NCBI GenBank assembly: GCA_032250735.1
Contig: JAVVEP010000008.1
Span: 1,775-65,774, forward strand
Length of the DNA: 64,000 bases
Reading direction: 5' to 3'
Source: Gammaproteobacteria bacterium
GTDB taxonomy: Bacteria > Pseudomonadota > Gammaproteobacteria > SZUA-152
Made by a program: the position numbers and the translations under genes. How positions within the stretch are numbered: the stretch's first letter is position 1; the number at the start of each line of letters is the position of its first letter. Shown one piece after another: positions 29,866 to 40,402 of this stretch. Below the pieces are notes generated by a model, which worked only from the letters and a program-made list of their open reading frames with translations, did not search any database and was not told the DNA's origin.

Positions 29866-29951
29866 TTGTAGGGTGGGCATTGCCCACCATTGCACAACAC
29901 CAATCATTACCTTATTGGTGGGCTATGCCCACCCTACAAAAACAGGTGCTT
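29866..29951. repeat. REP palindromes (inverted pair) upstream flank of RAYT
   Basis: gtagggtgggcattgcccacc ... ggtgggctatgcccaccctac. Confidence 0.7.
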
Positions 29952-30497
29952 TTACTCGCCAAATCCTTCATTCGGCGCATTGAACTCGCCACCCCAATTC
30001 TCGCTGTAAATGCCTTCTTTAACATACTGATGAAACGTGGAATGTGGCCATGCATTTACCTGCTCCACCAATCCATGTTTTACGGGGTTGAAATGGATGT
30101 AATCCGCGCGGCGTTGAAAATCTACCTCATCCCTGATGAGGTGCTCCCAAAACCGACGTTGCCAAATGGTGCTTTCTCTGTGCCGTTGCTTTGATGTATT
30201 CATCTCAGCATCACAATGAAAAAGCGGCTTTGCCTGTTTCGTAAATCCCGCCTTTATCATTCCCCATCGTTTTGAATAATTCGCATCACCTTCTGGCAAC
30301 GTCCACATGCAATGTAAATGGTCCGGTAACAAAACCCAGGCATCAACACTAAACGGATGTTGTTGCCTTACTTCATCAATCACCCGTCGCAATATCTGCC
30401 GGCTTTCTGGCTTGTCCAATATTGATTGACGCCGATGGGTTACTACGGTGAAAAAATACGTTGCACCTTTTACTATTGATCGACGGTAGTTTGGCAT
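29952..30497 (-). mobile_element. REP-associated tyrosine transposase (RAYT, IS200/IS605 Y1 HUH family)
   Basis: VLLPDHLHCMW HuH motif plus downstream catalytic Tyr region. Flanked on both sides by REP palindromes. Confidence 0.85.
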
Positions 30498-30504
30498 AAG
30501 CGCT

Positions 30505-30635
30505 TTTATTACAATTTCTGGTGGGCAGTGCCCACCCTACTAACTAACTGGTGGTCATTGCCCACCATTGCACAAAACCCAACGATGCCGGATTGGTGGG
30601 CGGTGCCTTTATGCCCTGTGGGTACACCCTACTCA
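30505..30635. repeat. REP palindromes (three copies) downstream flank of RAYT
   Basis: ggtgggcagtgcccaccctac, ggtggtcattgcccaccattgcacaa, ggtgggcggtgcc... Confidence 0.7.
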
Positions 30636-30676
30636 AATCAGCCGCCAGTGTACCAAACCTCACCCACCCTGGCTTA

Positions 30677-33600
30677 TTACTCATGGTTTACCAAAACCGT
30701 CGCATCCCGAAAATGCATCATCCGATAAATGGCCGGCACCAGCACCAGACTCACCAGCATCGAGAAACTCAGACCCCACACAATCACCACCGCCAGCGGT
30801 TGCAGCATCTCCGAGCCTTCGCCGAAACCGATGGCCAGCGGCAGCATGCCCACCACCGTGGTGAGCGAGGTCATGAGGATGGGCCGCAATCGTAACCGTG
30901 CGCCCTCGACGATGGCCTCGATGAAAGCCAGGCCCCGCTCGCGTTCCACCTCCACCTGCTCCACCAGCACGATGGCGTTGTTGACCACGATGCCGGCGAG
31001 CATGATCAGCCCCAGCCAGATGGGCATGGAGATGGGGATGGCCAGCCAGGAGATGCCGGCGGCGACGCCGATCACGGTGAAGGGAATGCTGAGCAGGATC
31101 ACCAGCGGGTTGCGCAGGGATTCGTACTGCACCGCCATCACCACGAACACCAGGAATATCGCCAGGCCCAGCAGCACATAGCCCATGCTGCGCCCCTCTT
31201 TCAGGGTCTTGGCCTCGCCGCCGTCGTAGAGGCTGTAGCCCTCGGGGATGGCCAGATCCGCGAGCTGCTGATGCACCTTGCTCATGGCCTGCTCCGGGCC
31301 GAAGTCAGGCGACAGCGAGGCGGTGACCTCGACGATGCGACGCTGGTTGTCGCGCAGGATGCTGGCGGGGGCGGCAGTAAAGCTCACCGTCGCCACGCTG
31401 CGCAGGCGCACCGGCTGGCCCTGATGCAGGCCGACCAGGATGTTGCCCAGGTCATCGGGCGAGGTGAAGGCGGTGCGCGGCAGGCGCAGGCGCACGTCGT
31501 ACTGGCGGTCACCGTCGATGAAGTCGGAGACCACGATACCGTCCAGCGCGGCGCGCAGGGCGCGGCCGATGTCGTCGACGCGGATACCCAGATCGGCGGC
31601 GCGCTGACGATCCACGCTCACCGCCACCTCGTTACGCGTCTCTTCATAGCTGTGACGCAGGTTGCTGAGGCCCTCGACATTGCGCAGCCGACTGGTGATC
31701 TCCTCACCCAGTTCGCGCAGCACCTCGGTGTCCGGCCCCTGCACGCGGATGCTCAGGTCGTCGTCGCCGGAGCTGATGCGCACGCCGCGGATGCCGCGCA
31801 CCCGCATGCGGATGTTGGTGCCGGTCAGGCCCAACTGCTTCACCGCCTTTTGCATGTCTTTCACCCAGTCCTCGCTGCCGCGACTACGCTGGGTGGCGGG
31901 CACCAGCTGTACCTTGATGTCACCCGAATTGCTGGACTGGTATTCCGAACGCCCGAACACCCGGCCGCCGGAGGTGGTGAACACGGTGAGCACGTCCGGC
32001 TGTTGCAGGAACAGGTCCTCCAGCCGGGTAATGACGTCATCGGTCTCGTCCAGACGCATGCCCGCCTCGCCGGCGATGCTCACCGAGATCTCGCCCTCGT
32101 CCATCGGCGGCATAAAGATCTGTTTGCCGCCAAAGAACACCGGCACCGCCAGCGCCAGCGCCGGCAACAGCACCAGCAGCGGCAGCCAGGGGAAGCGCAG
32201 CAGGAGGCGGGTCAGCCGGACATAGCCGCGTTGCAGGATGGTCAGCAGCCCGTCCATGGCGCGTTGCACCGGGTTGGCGCCCGAGTCGTGCACCCGTGCG
32301 CCCCAGGCCGGGACCAGGGTCAGGGCCACCACCAGGGAGGCGACGATGGCGGCGGAGATGGTGATGATCAGCTCGCTGAACAGCAGGCCCACCAGCCCGC
32401 CGATAAACAGGAAGGGCAGCACCGCCGCCAGGTTGGTCGAGGTGGAGGCGGCGATGGCGCTGTTGACCTCGCGCGCGGCGTTCACCGGCGCCTCCAGATC
32501 ACCCTCCCCCTGGCGCTGGTGACGGGCGATGTTCTCCAGCATGACGATGGTGTTGTCCACCAGCAGGCCGACGCCCAGCGCCAGGCCGCCGAGGGTCATG
32601 ATATTCAGCGTGAGGCCGCCCAGATCCATGATCACAAAGGTCACCAGGATCGCCAGCGGAATGGCGGTGCCGATGATCAGGGTGCGGCGAATACTGCCCA
32701 GAAACAGGAACACCACCAGCATCGCCAGGGCCGCGCCGGACAGCGCCGCCATGGAGGCGTTGCGCAGGGCGTGGCGCACATAGGTGGACTGGTCGCCGAC
32801 CCGGTCCACGTGCACATCATCGGGGACCAGGCCCTGCGCGCGCAGCCATTGCAGGCGCTCCATCACCACATCCACCACCGCCACGGTGTTGGCCGCCGGC
32901 TGCTTCTGAATAGAGAGCTTGATGCCCGGCACGCCGTCGAGGCGGATGCGCAGCTTTTCGTCTTCGTGGATATCCAGCACCTGGGCCACATCGCCGAGGC
33001 GGATCATGGTATCGGCGCTGGCGCTCTCCCCCTTCCACAGCGGCATGGCCGCCAGCTCCCCGGCGTTCTGAAAGCGTCCGGTGGCGCGGGCGCTGATCTC
33101 GCGATTGGCGGTGTGCAGGCGGCCGCCGGGGCTGTCCTGATTTTCCTCGCCCAGGGCGGTGGCGACGTCCTCGATGGTAAAGCCCAGGGCGCTGAGGCGC
33201 TCCTGATCCACCACCACCTGAATCTCGCGGGCCAGGCCGCCACCCACCTCGGCAGCGGCCACCCCGGGCAGGTTGAGGAACCACTTGGCGAAGGTGTAAT
33301 CCACCCAGGTGCGCAGCTCCACCGGGCCGCGGTCCGGCGAGCTCACCACCATCTCCAGCACCGGGATCTGCGAGGGATCGCGCTTGAAGATTGTCGGCGG
33401 GTCGATGGTGTCGGGCAGGAATCGCTTGGCGCGATCCAGCCGGGTGCTGGCGTCACGCAGGGCAATGTCGATATCCGAACCGTAGGGAAAGCTCAGGTCC
33501 ACCGAACTGCGGCCCTCGGTGGTATTGGACTGCACCTGCACGGCGCCCTCGGTGATCGCCAGCTGCTCTTCCAGCTGGCGGGTGATGCGGTCTTCCATGA

Positions 33601-33802
33601 TGCGCGCCGGCACCCCCGGGTCGACGATGCGCACCCGCACCTCGGGATAGATGATGTCCGGCAGCAGGTTGATGCCCAGCCGCTCCAGCGAGCCCAGTCC
33701 CAGCACCACCACCGACAGGGCCAGCATGGTGACGCCGACCGGATGGCGGATGGACCACGCCGCCAGCCCGCCACTACGAAAGCGCTGCTGCATCGTGGCC
33801 AT
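30677..33802 (-). CDS. RND efflux transporter permease (AcrB/HAE-type)
   Basis: 1041 aa, 12-TM RND with large periplasmic loops. Start overlaps the MFP stop (TAATG). Confidence 0.9.
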   Translation of the reverse strand: MATMQQRFRSGGLAAWSIRHPVGVTMLALSVVVLGLGSLERLGINLLPDIIYPEVRVRIVDPGVPARIMEDRITRQLEEQLAITEGAVQVQSNTTEGRSSVDLSFPYGSDIDIALRDASTRLDRAKRFLPDTIDPPTIFKRDPSQIPVLEMVVSSPDRGPVELRTWVDYTFAKWFLNLPGVAAAEVGGGLAREIQVVVDQERLSALGFTIEDVATALGEENQDSPGGRLHTANREISARATGRFQNAGELAAMPLWKGESASADTMIRLGDVAQVLDIHEDEKLRIRLDGVPGIKLSIQKQPAANTVAVVDVVMERLQWLRAQGLVPDDVHVDRVGDQSTYVRHALRNASMAALSGAALAMLVVFLFLGSIRRTLIIGTAIPLAILVTFVIMDLGGLTLNIMTLGGLALGVGLLVDNTIVMLENIARHQRQGEGDLEAPVNAAREVNSAIAASTSTNLAAVLPFLFIGGLVGLLFSELIITISAAIVASLVVALTLVPAWGARVHDSGANPVQRAMDGLLTILQRGYVRLTRLLLRFPWLPLLVLLPALALAVPVFFGGKQIFMPPMDEGEISVSIAGEAGMRLDETDDVITRLEDLFLQQPDVLTVFTTSGGRVFGRSEYQSSNSGDIKVQLVPATQRSRGSEDWVKDMQKAVKQLGLTGTNIRMRVRGIRGVRISSGDDDLSIRVQGPDTEVLRELGEEITSRLRNVEGLSNLRHSYEETRNEVAVSVDRQRAADLGIRVDDIGRALRAALDGIVVSDFIDGDRQYDVRLRLPRTAFTSPDDLGNILVGLHQGQPVRLRSVATVSFTAAPASILRDNQRRIVEVTASLSPDFGPEQAMSKVHQQLADLAIPEGYSLYDGGEAKTLKEGRSMGYVLLGLAIFLVFVVMAVQYESLRNPLVILLSIPFTVIGVAAGISWLAIPISMPIWLGLIMLAGIVVNNAIVLVEQVEVERERGLAFIEAIVEGARLRLRPILMTSLTTVVGMLPLAIGFGEGSEMLQPLAVVIVWGLSFSMLVSLVLVPAIYRMMHFRDATVLVNHE

Positions 33803-34914
33803 TACTTGCTGTTAGCCTCGGCGGCGGCCTTGTCGTCGGTCGTCGCCGCATTCACCACCCGCACCGGGCTGTCGGCCCGCAGGCCGAGAAAGCCCTTGCT
33901 CACCACCCGGTCGCCGTCGGCCAGGCCCTCGAGGATCTCCACCTGCTCGCCGAATTGCAGGCCGCTGCGTACGCCAACGCGCCGGGTCCTGGTCTGCTCA
34001 TCCAGGCGATACACATGGGCGCCCTGGGCGTCATATTGCAGGGCATTGAGGGGGATGGTGCGGCGGGGCATTTCCGGCGTCGCCAGGCTGACACGGCACA
34101 GCTGACCGGGCCGGGCGCCGGCTGGCACCGGTTGCAGGCGCACCTCCACCGTACCCTGGCGGGTGGCGGGATCGATCATGGGATGCACCCGCAGCACCTC
34201 GCCGGCAAAGTCCCGATCACCCAGGCTGTCGATACGCACCTGCACCGCATCGCCCACCACCACCTGGCTGAGCAACTGCTCCGGCACCCGCACCGTGGCG
34301 GTGATCAGGCCCGGATCAAACAGGGTCAGGATGTGCTCATTCAGTGGCACCACGTCGCCGAGTTCCTTGAGGCGGGCGCTGATCAGCCCGGCAAAGGGCG
34401 CCTGGATCACGGTACGCGACAGCTGGGTGCGTTGCAGGCTCTCGGCGGCACGGGCCAGCTCCAGCGCGGTGTGGGCGCGGGCCAGTTCATCCTCGCTGGC
34501 GAGCTTTTTGGGCACCAGGTTTTGCAACCGCTGCAGGTCCACCTCCGCCTGCTTGCGCGTCGCTACCGCCATATCCAGCTCGGCGCGGATCAGGGCATCG
34601 TCCAGCCGCACCAGGGCCGCCCCCGCCGCCACCCGGTCACCCTCGTAAAAGGGCAGCTCCATGATGCGCCCGGCCCGTTCACTGTGGACATGCACCGTGC
34701 GCGGCGCCTCCAGGGTACCTGTGAGGGTGCGCGTGATGCGCATGGGTCGCTGCGAAACGGTAATGACCTCCACCGCGTGGGCGGGGCGACTCTTGTCCTT
34801 TTTGTCCGCCGTTTGGGCATCATCAGGCCCCTGGCTGCACGCGTTGAGCCACAGGACGCAGCAGACAATAGTGGCAATGGCAGAGAGGGTTTTTCGAGTC
34901 AGTTTTGGACGCAT
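33802..34914 (-). CDS. RND membrane fusion protein (HlyD/AcrA family) lipoprotein
   Basis: Start MRPKLTRKTLSAIATIVCCVLWLNACSQ (lipobox), ATG 34914. Coiled-coil/beta-barrel MFP body. Confidence 0.85.
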   Translation of the reverse strand: MRPKLTRKTLSAIATIVCCVLWLNACSQGPDDAQTADKKDKSRPAHAVEVITVSQRPMRITRTLTGTLEAPRTVHVHSERAGRIMELPFYEGDRVAAGAALVRLDDALIRAELDMAVATRKQAEVDLQRLQNLVPKKLASEDELARAHTALELARAAESLQRTQLSRTVIQAPFAGLISARLKELGDVVPLNEHILTLFDPGLITATVRVPEQLLSQVVVGDAVQVRIDSLGDRDFAGEVLRVHPMIDPATRQGTVEVRLQPVPAGARPGQLCRVSLATPEMPRRTIPLNALQYDAQGAHVYRLDEQTRTRRVGVRSGLQFGEQVEILEGLADGDRVVSKGFLGLRADSPVRVVNAATTDDKAAAEANSK

Positions 34915-35581
34915 CTGGATGTGACACCTAACAATAGATAATGTTTCGCACTTTAGGGGTGGGGAGATGTTTTGTGCAAGGGGTATTCTGTGCCTCAGAC
35001 CGTAGGTTGGGGGGAGTGAAGTAAATCCCAACAATTATCAAAACGTCTGCGTGGTTCCGCAGCTAATCGTTCGGTTGTCTTATTTTTTCCTGGCGGAAGA
35101 TGACGGGAATTAACGGCGTCGTAGATTCCGAAGAAATAGTTTACTCCTTCTCCCCTTGAGGGGAGAAGGTTGGGATGCCAACAGTAGGCGCTTTAGGCGA
35201 GGGGTGGAACGCTCAGAAGTTGTTTCATGAACCCTCTCCCAGTTTTGGGAGAGGGGATAAACAACCTCAGATTTTGAATCTGTGGTTTTGACCTACCCTC
35301 ACGCCATCCCTCGCTTGCGATCCTCGGCATTTTGCGATGAAGCGAGCGGTGTTTGAGGAAGCGCAGCGACCGAGTTTAGCTCGCGCGCAGAATACCGAGG
35401 AGCGCAAGAGACCGCGCAACGCGCGGCGAGGGATCCGGGTGCTCTTTCTTTTGGTTACTTTACTTTGAGCACGCAAAGAAAAGTGACTCGCAGCCTTCCG
35501 CAGGAAATAAAGTAAACCACCGTGTCATCAAGGCTGGGAAACCGCGCACAAACTGCCCAATGCGCATTCCCAAAACCCAAC

Positions 35582-37471
35582 TCAAACCTCCGCCAAATCC
35601 CCCTTCGTCTCCAACCACGCCTTGCGATCCGCTGCCCGTTTCTTCGCCAGCAACATATCCATCATCTGATGCGAGGTATCACCCGCGGCAATCGTCAGCT
35701 GCACCAGGCGTCGCGAGTCCGGCGACAGGGTGGTCTCACGCAACTGCTTGGGATTCATTTCGCCCAAACCCTTGAAGCGTTGTACCGTGACCTTGCCACG
35801 CAGCTTTTCGGCGGCGATACGATCAAGTATGCCCTGCTTCTCGGCATCGTCTAACGCGTAATAGGCGTCTTTGCCGATGTCGATGCGATACAGCGGCGGC
35901 ATGGCGATGTACACGTTGCCTGCGGCGACCAGTGGTTTGAAATGGCGCAGGAACAAGGCACACAACAGGGTGGCGATGTGGGCGCCGTCGGAGTCGGCAT
36001 CGGCCAGCACGCAGATCTTGCCGTAGCGCAGCCCGTCGAGGTTGTCGGAGCCGGGATCGACACCGATGGCGACGGCGATGTCGTGCACCTCCTGCGAGGC
36101 CAGCACCTCGCTGGGGTCCACTTCCCAGGTGTTGAGGATCTTGCCGCGCAGCGGCATGATCGCCTGGTATTCCTTGTCGCGGGCCTGCTTGGCCGAACCT
36201 CCGGCGGAGTCACCCTCCACCAGGAACAGCTCGCCGCGGGCGGGATCGGAAGACGAACAGTCCGCCAGCTTGCCGGGCAGGGCCGGTCCCTGGGTAATCT
36301 TTTTGCGCACCACCTTTTTGCCGGCGCGCAGACGACTCTGGGCACTGGAGATGGCCAGTTCGGCCAGCGCCTCACCCACCTCGGTGTTCTGGTTGAGCCA
36401 CAGCGAAAACGCATCCTTCACCACCCCGGAGACAAACGGTGCGCACTCCCGCGAGGACAGGCGCTCCTTGGTCTGCCCGGAAAAGGCCGGGTCGGCCATC
36501 TTCACCGAGAGGATGTAACTGACCCGGTCCCACACGTCGTCCGGCGCCAGCTTGACGCCGCGCGGCAGCAGATTGCGAAACTCGCAGAACTCGCGCATGG
36601 CCTCGGTGAGGCCGGTGCGCAGACCGTTGACATGGGTGCCGCCCTGGGCGGTGGGCACCAGGTTGACGTAGCTCTCGGCCACCGACTCCCCGCCCTCGGG
36701 CAGCCACAGCACCGCCCATTCGGCGGCCTCTGCGTTGCCCGCAAATTTGCCCATGAAGGGCTCGGCCGGCAGGGTGGGCAGACCGTGCAACTCGTCCATC
36801 AGGTAATCGCGCAGGCCGTCTTCGTAGTACCAGTTGGTGGTCTCATCGCTGGCCTCATCGTAGAAGCTAACTTTCAGACCCGGGCACAACACGGCCTTGG
36901 CGCGCAGCACGTGCTTGAGCCGGGGCACGGAGAATTTCACCGAATCAAAGAATTGCGGATCGGGCCAGAAGCGCAGCGTGGTGCCGGTGTTGCGCTTGCC
37001 GACGCTGCCGACCTCTTCCAGATCGGAGATCTTGTTGCCGTCGGCGAAGGCGATGTTGTATTCCGTACCGTTACGTCGCACCCAGACCTCGAGATGCTTG
37101 GACAGGGCGTTGACCACGGAGATGCCCACGCCGTGCAGGCCGCCGGAGAATTCGTAGTTTTTGTTGGAGAACTTGCCGCCAGCATGCAGCTTGGTGAGGA
37201 TCACCTCCACCCCGGGAACGCCCTCCTGCGGGTGGATATCCACCGGCATGCCACGGCCGTCGTCACTGACTTGCAGGGAGCCGTCCTTGCTGAGGATCAC
37301 ATCAATGGTGGTGGCGTGACCGGCAATGGCCTCGTCGACGCTGTTGTCGATGACTTCCTGCGCCAGATGATTGGGGCGCTCGGTCTGGGTATACATGCCC
37401 GGGCGTTTGCGCACCGGCTCCAGGCCACTCAATACCTCGATGGAGGCGGCATCGTACAGATTACTCATCAC
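35582..37471 (-). CDS. parE: DNA topoisomerase IV subunit B
   Basis: 629 aa. GHKL ATPase EVIDNSVDEA, TOPRIM EGDSAGG. Lacks the GyrB insertion. Confidence 0.9.
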   Translation of the reverse strand: MMSNLYDAASIEVLSGLEPVRKRPGMYTQTERPNHLAQEVIDNSVDEAIAGHATTIDVILSKDGSLQVSDDGRGMPVDIHPQEGVPGVEVILTKLHAGGKFSNKNYEFSGGLHGVGISVVNALSKHLEVWVRRNGTEYNIAFADGNKISDLEEVGSVGKRNTGTTLRFWPDPQFFDSVKFSVPRLKHVLRAKAVLCPGLKVSFYDEASDETTNWYYEDGLRDYLMDELHGLPTLPAEPFMGKFAGNAEAAEWAVLWLPEGGESVAESYVNLVPTAQGGTHVNGLRTGLTEAMREFCEFRNLLPRGVKLAPDDVWDRVSYILSVKMADPAFSGQTKERLSSRECAPFVSGVVKDAFSLWLNQNTEVGEALAELAISSAQSRLRAGKKVVRKKITQGPALPGKLADCSSSDPARGELFLVEGDSAGGSAKQARDKEYQAIMPLRGKILNTWEVDPSEVLASQEVHDIAVAIGVDPGSDNLDGLRYGKICVLADADSDGAHIATLLCALFLRHFKPLVAAGNVYIAMPPLYRIDIGKDAYYALDDAEKQGILDRIAAEKLRGKVTVQRFKGLGEMNPKQLRETTLSPDSRRLVQLTIAAGDTSHQMMDMLLAKKRAADRKAWLETKGDLAEV

Positions 37472-37726
37472 GGGGACTCATACGGCAGGGCCGGCTGGCA
37501 TTACTGACTGAAGTGACTGGCATGCATCGAAATCCTGGAAAATCATGGTCGAAAAGGGGGCAGTTTACCCGCCCGGGGTCCTAGTGGCGAGGCCCGCGTT
37601 TTTGTCGGCTCCCGGAACCGTCAATCCCCCTACGCAACCCCTGCGCAGGCCGCCAGAAGTCCCTAAAGTTCCCCCTGGCTCTGCCGATAAGCGGTTAAGA
37701 TTTAACGACTTACCGAGCATTCCAGA

Positions 37727-40351
37727 ATGGACGAACCGACCGAGAATACGCCGCCTGGCTCCGCCGCAGGCACCACGCCCGACGCGCCCCCGGGCGCCGA
37801 CTCGCATACCCCGCCGCACACCACCAAAGGGCTCTCTGTCCGCCAGAAAATCGGTATCGGTTTTGGTGGCCTGATCCTGTTGATGACCATCAGCATCGGC
37901 ATCACCCTGGTGAAACTGACCGACGTCGCCGACGCGACCCATTCGGTGATCGAGGAACGTCAGCCCGCCGCCAACCTGTTTCAGCGCCTGGCCCAGGACC
38001 TGAATCTGGCGACTACCTTGTTGCACAGCTACCTGCAAACGGGCGAGCCCGCGCACCGCAAGGACTTTGCGATCGTTGAGCAGGACATCATGGAGGGCAT
38101 CACCACTGGGCACAGCCTGAAGATCGTCCATGAGAATGGCGGCAAGGCCCGTAAACAGCTCCTGGACGCCGAACAGCTGTTTGTGAAATTCCGCGACTAT
38201 GCGGCCCGGCTCTATGCGCTACGCGACAACAACGCCAATAACCGCGGGCTGCTCCTGGCGCAGAACACGGTGCAACCCCTCGCGGCGGAGTTTCTTGGGG
38301 TGATCAACCTCCTGCTCAGCTCCGAAGACATAGACCCCCGCGACCCGAAGAAACTGGTGGCCTACACCACACTACAGGAACTGCGCTATGTCTGGGTGCA
38401 GATGATGAGCAGCCTGCGGCTGTTCATCGTCACCCAGGGGGTCAATGATCGCGCCAACTTTGACACCTTTAATGACCATGCCGGACAGCTGTTAGACGAA
38501 CTCACCGCCATGGATGTCGACCTTGGCTTTGGCGAACTGCAACAGCTGGTAACGCTGCGCGAGGCCTATGTCAGCAATCTGCAGCCCGTTTTTGACCTGT
38601 TCGCCACCGACAACTGGCGCGCCGATGCCTATCTCATCAAAACCGAGGTCAATCCCCTGCTGGAAGAGCTGCGCGGCATCTTTGAGGGCATCGCGGATGA
38701 GCAACTGCACCAGGCCAGCAACAGCGGTGAGGTGTTGACCGAGGTCAATCAGCAGATCCAGCTCTCCACCATCATCATCCTGGTGGTGGCATTGGTGCTT
38801 GGGGTGCTGCTGGCGGTGCGCATCACCGGCGGCATCGTCCCGCCCATCCAGCGACTGATGGCCGCCGCCGAGGGCGTTGCGCATGGTGACCTCAATGCCG
38901 AGGTCATGGTCACCAGCAATGATGAGATAGGCCAACTCGGAAGGTCCTTTAATGCCATGGTCAACGATCTGCGTAATGCCGCCTTAAAGGAACAGACGAT
39001 TCTCGATGAATTGCAAGACCTTAATCAGCAACTCGAATCCCGCGTCCAGGCGCGCACCCGGGATCTCGAACAGAGCGAGATCAAGATTCGCGCCATTCTC
39101 GACAACATCGGCGAAGGCATTGTCGTGCTCGATGAAAATGGCACCATTGAATCGCTCAACCCGGCCGCAGAAAACATCTTTGCGATGAAAGAGGCAAACG
39201 CCATCGGCCTCCACAGCGCCCTGCTGATCGCCAACAGCGAGGCCGACGATGCCGCCGATTCCGATCACTACAACGATGAGACCGACGGGGCGTTCAGAAG
39301 TAGCAGTAACCAGCAGCCCAAGGAGTATCAGGGGCTGCGCGCGGACGGCAGCACCTTCCCCCTGGAATTTGTGGTCTCGGCGATGAAGGTGGGCGACAAG
39401 CGCCTGCGGGTGTGCATCCTGCGCGACGTGAGCGTGCGTAAAGAGACCGAAGCGACCCTGGCCGATGCCCAGGGTCAGCTGGTAGATGCCGCGCACAAAT
39501 CCGGCATGGCCGATATGGCAACCGGCGTGCTGCACAACATCGGCAACATCCTCAATAGCGTCAATCTGGCCGGCGAAGAGATTCATCGCATTTCATCCGC
39601 CAGCAAGATCAGCGGCCTGTTAAAGGCCAACGACCTGCTACTGCAGCACCAGGAAGACCGTGGAGAATTCCTGACCCAGGACCCACGCGGCCAGAAATTA
39701 CCCGACTATTTCATCACGATGGGCAAGGTGCTGAGTGATGAGATCAACGAAATCAATAAGGAATCGAAAGAGCTCATCAAAAAGACCACGATGATGAAAG
39801 AGGTCATCAGCACCCAGCAGGCCTATGCAAAATCCGGTTTCCACAGCGAACAGCTGAATCTTTCCCAGCTGGTAGAAGACGCGCTGAAAATCCAGGAGGC
39901 CTCGCTCAAAAAGTGGGGCGTCAAGCTCGAGAAGAACTACGCCGACATTCCCGAATGCACCGGACAAAAATCCAAGCTGCTGCAGGTGATCACCAACCTG
40001 GTCAAGAATGCCAAAGAGGCCATGAATGACAATGACCAATACAACCGTCCCAAGGAAATGCGCATTGAGATCGGCATGAATAACGACAAGACGGTGTATC
40101 TCACCATCAAGGACAATGGCTGCGGCATTAATGAACAGCAGCTCACCAAGATTTTCAACCACGGCTTTACCACCAAGGAAACAGGGCACGGTTTCGGACT
40201 GCACACCTGCGCCAATGCCATGACCGAGATGAAAGGCGCGCTAAAGGTAGAGAGCGAGGGGGTCCAGAAAGGCGCCACCTTTACCGTTATCATACCGGTG
40301 GACAATCCCGCAACAAAAGCCGCAACAAAATCAACATCAAAAGTGGCATAG
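37727..40351 (+). CDS. sensor histidine kinase (periplasmic/4-helix sensor, HAMP, PAS, HisKA, HATPase)
   Basis: TM1, ~300-aa sensor, TM2; HAMP with NAMVNDL; PAS; H-box GVLHNIGNIL; N/G boxes NLVKNAKEA...DNGCGI...GHGFGL. Confidence 0.85.
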   Translation: MDEPTENTPPGSAAGTTPDAPPGADSHTPPHTTKGLSVRQKIGIGFGGLILLMTISIGITLVKLTDVADATHSVIEERQPAANLFQRLAQDLNLATTLLHSYLQTGEPAHRKDFAIVEQDIMEGITTGHSLKIVHENGGKARKQLLDAEQLFVKFRDYAARLYALRDNNANNRGLLLAQNTVQPLAAEFLGVINLLLSSEDIDPRDPKKLVAYTTLQELRYVWVQMMSSLRLFIVTQGVNDRANFDTFNDHAGQLLDELTAMDVDLGFGELQQLVTLREAYVSNLQPVFDLFATDNWRADAYLIKTEVNPLLEELRGIFEGIADEQLHQASNSGEVLTEVNQQIQLSTIIILVVALVLGVLLAVRITGGIVPPIQRLMAAAEGVAHGDLNAEVMVTSNDEIGQLGRSFNAMVNDLRNAALKEQTILDELQDLNQQLESRVQARTRDLEQSEIKIRAILDNIGEGIVVLDENGTIESLNPAAENIFAMKEANAIGLHSALLIANSEADDAADSDHYNDETDGAFRSSSNQQPKEYQGLRADGSTFPLEFVVSAMKVGDKRLRVCILRDVSVRKETEATLADAQGQLVDAAHKSGMADMATGVLHNIGNILNSVNLAGEEIHRISSASKISGLLKANDLLLQHQEDRGEFLTQDPRGQKLPDYFITMGKVLSDEINEINKESKELIKKTTMMKEVISTQQAYAKSGFHSEQLNLSQLVEDALKIQEASLKKWGVKLEKNYADIPECTGQKSKLLQVITNLVKNAKEAMNDNDQYNRPKEMRIEIGMNNDKTVYLTIKDNGCGINEQQLTKIFNHGFTTKETGHGFGLHTCANAMTEMKGALKVESEGVQKGATFTVIIPVDNPATKAATKSTSKVA

Positions 40352-40402
40352 ACTTACAGTTATACAATTCACATCATTACAAACGGCAGAACAGAGGCCA
40401 TT

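Noticed and set aside
31271-34105. 944-aa + strand ORF
   Set aside because: Antisense to the RND and MFP genes. Composition is H/G/A/R/Q-rich with no domain motifs.
35942-37507. 521-aa + strand ORF
   Set aside because: Antisense to parE, GC-driven open frame.
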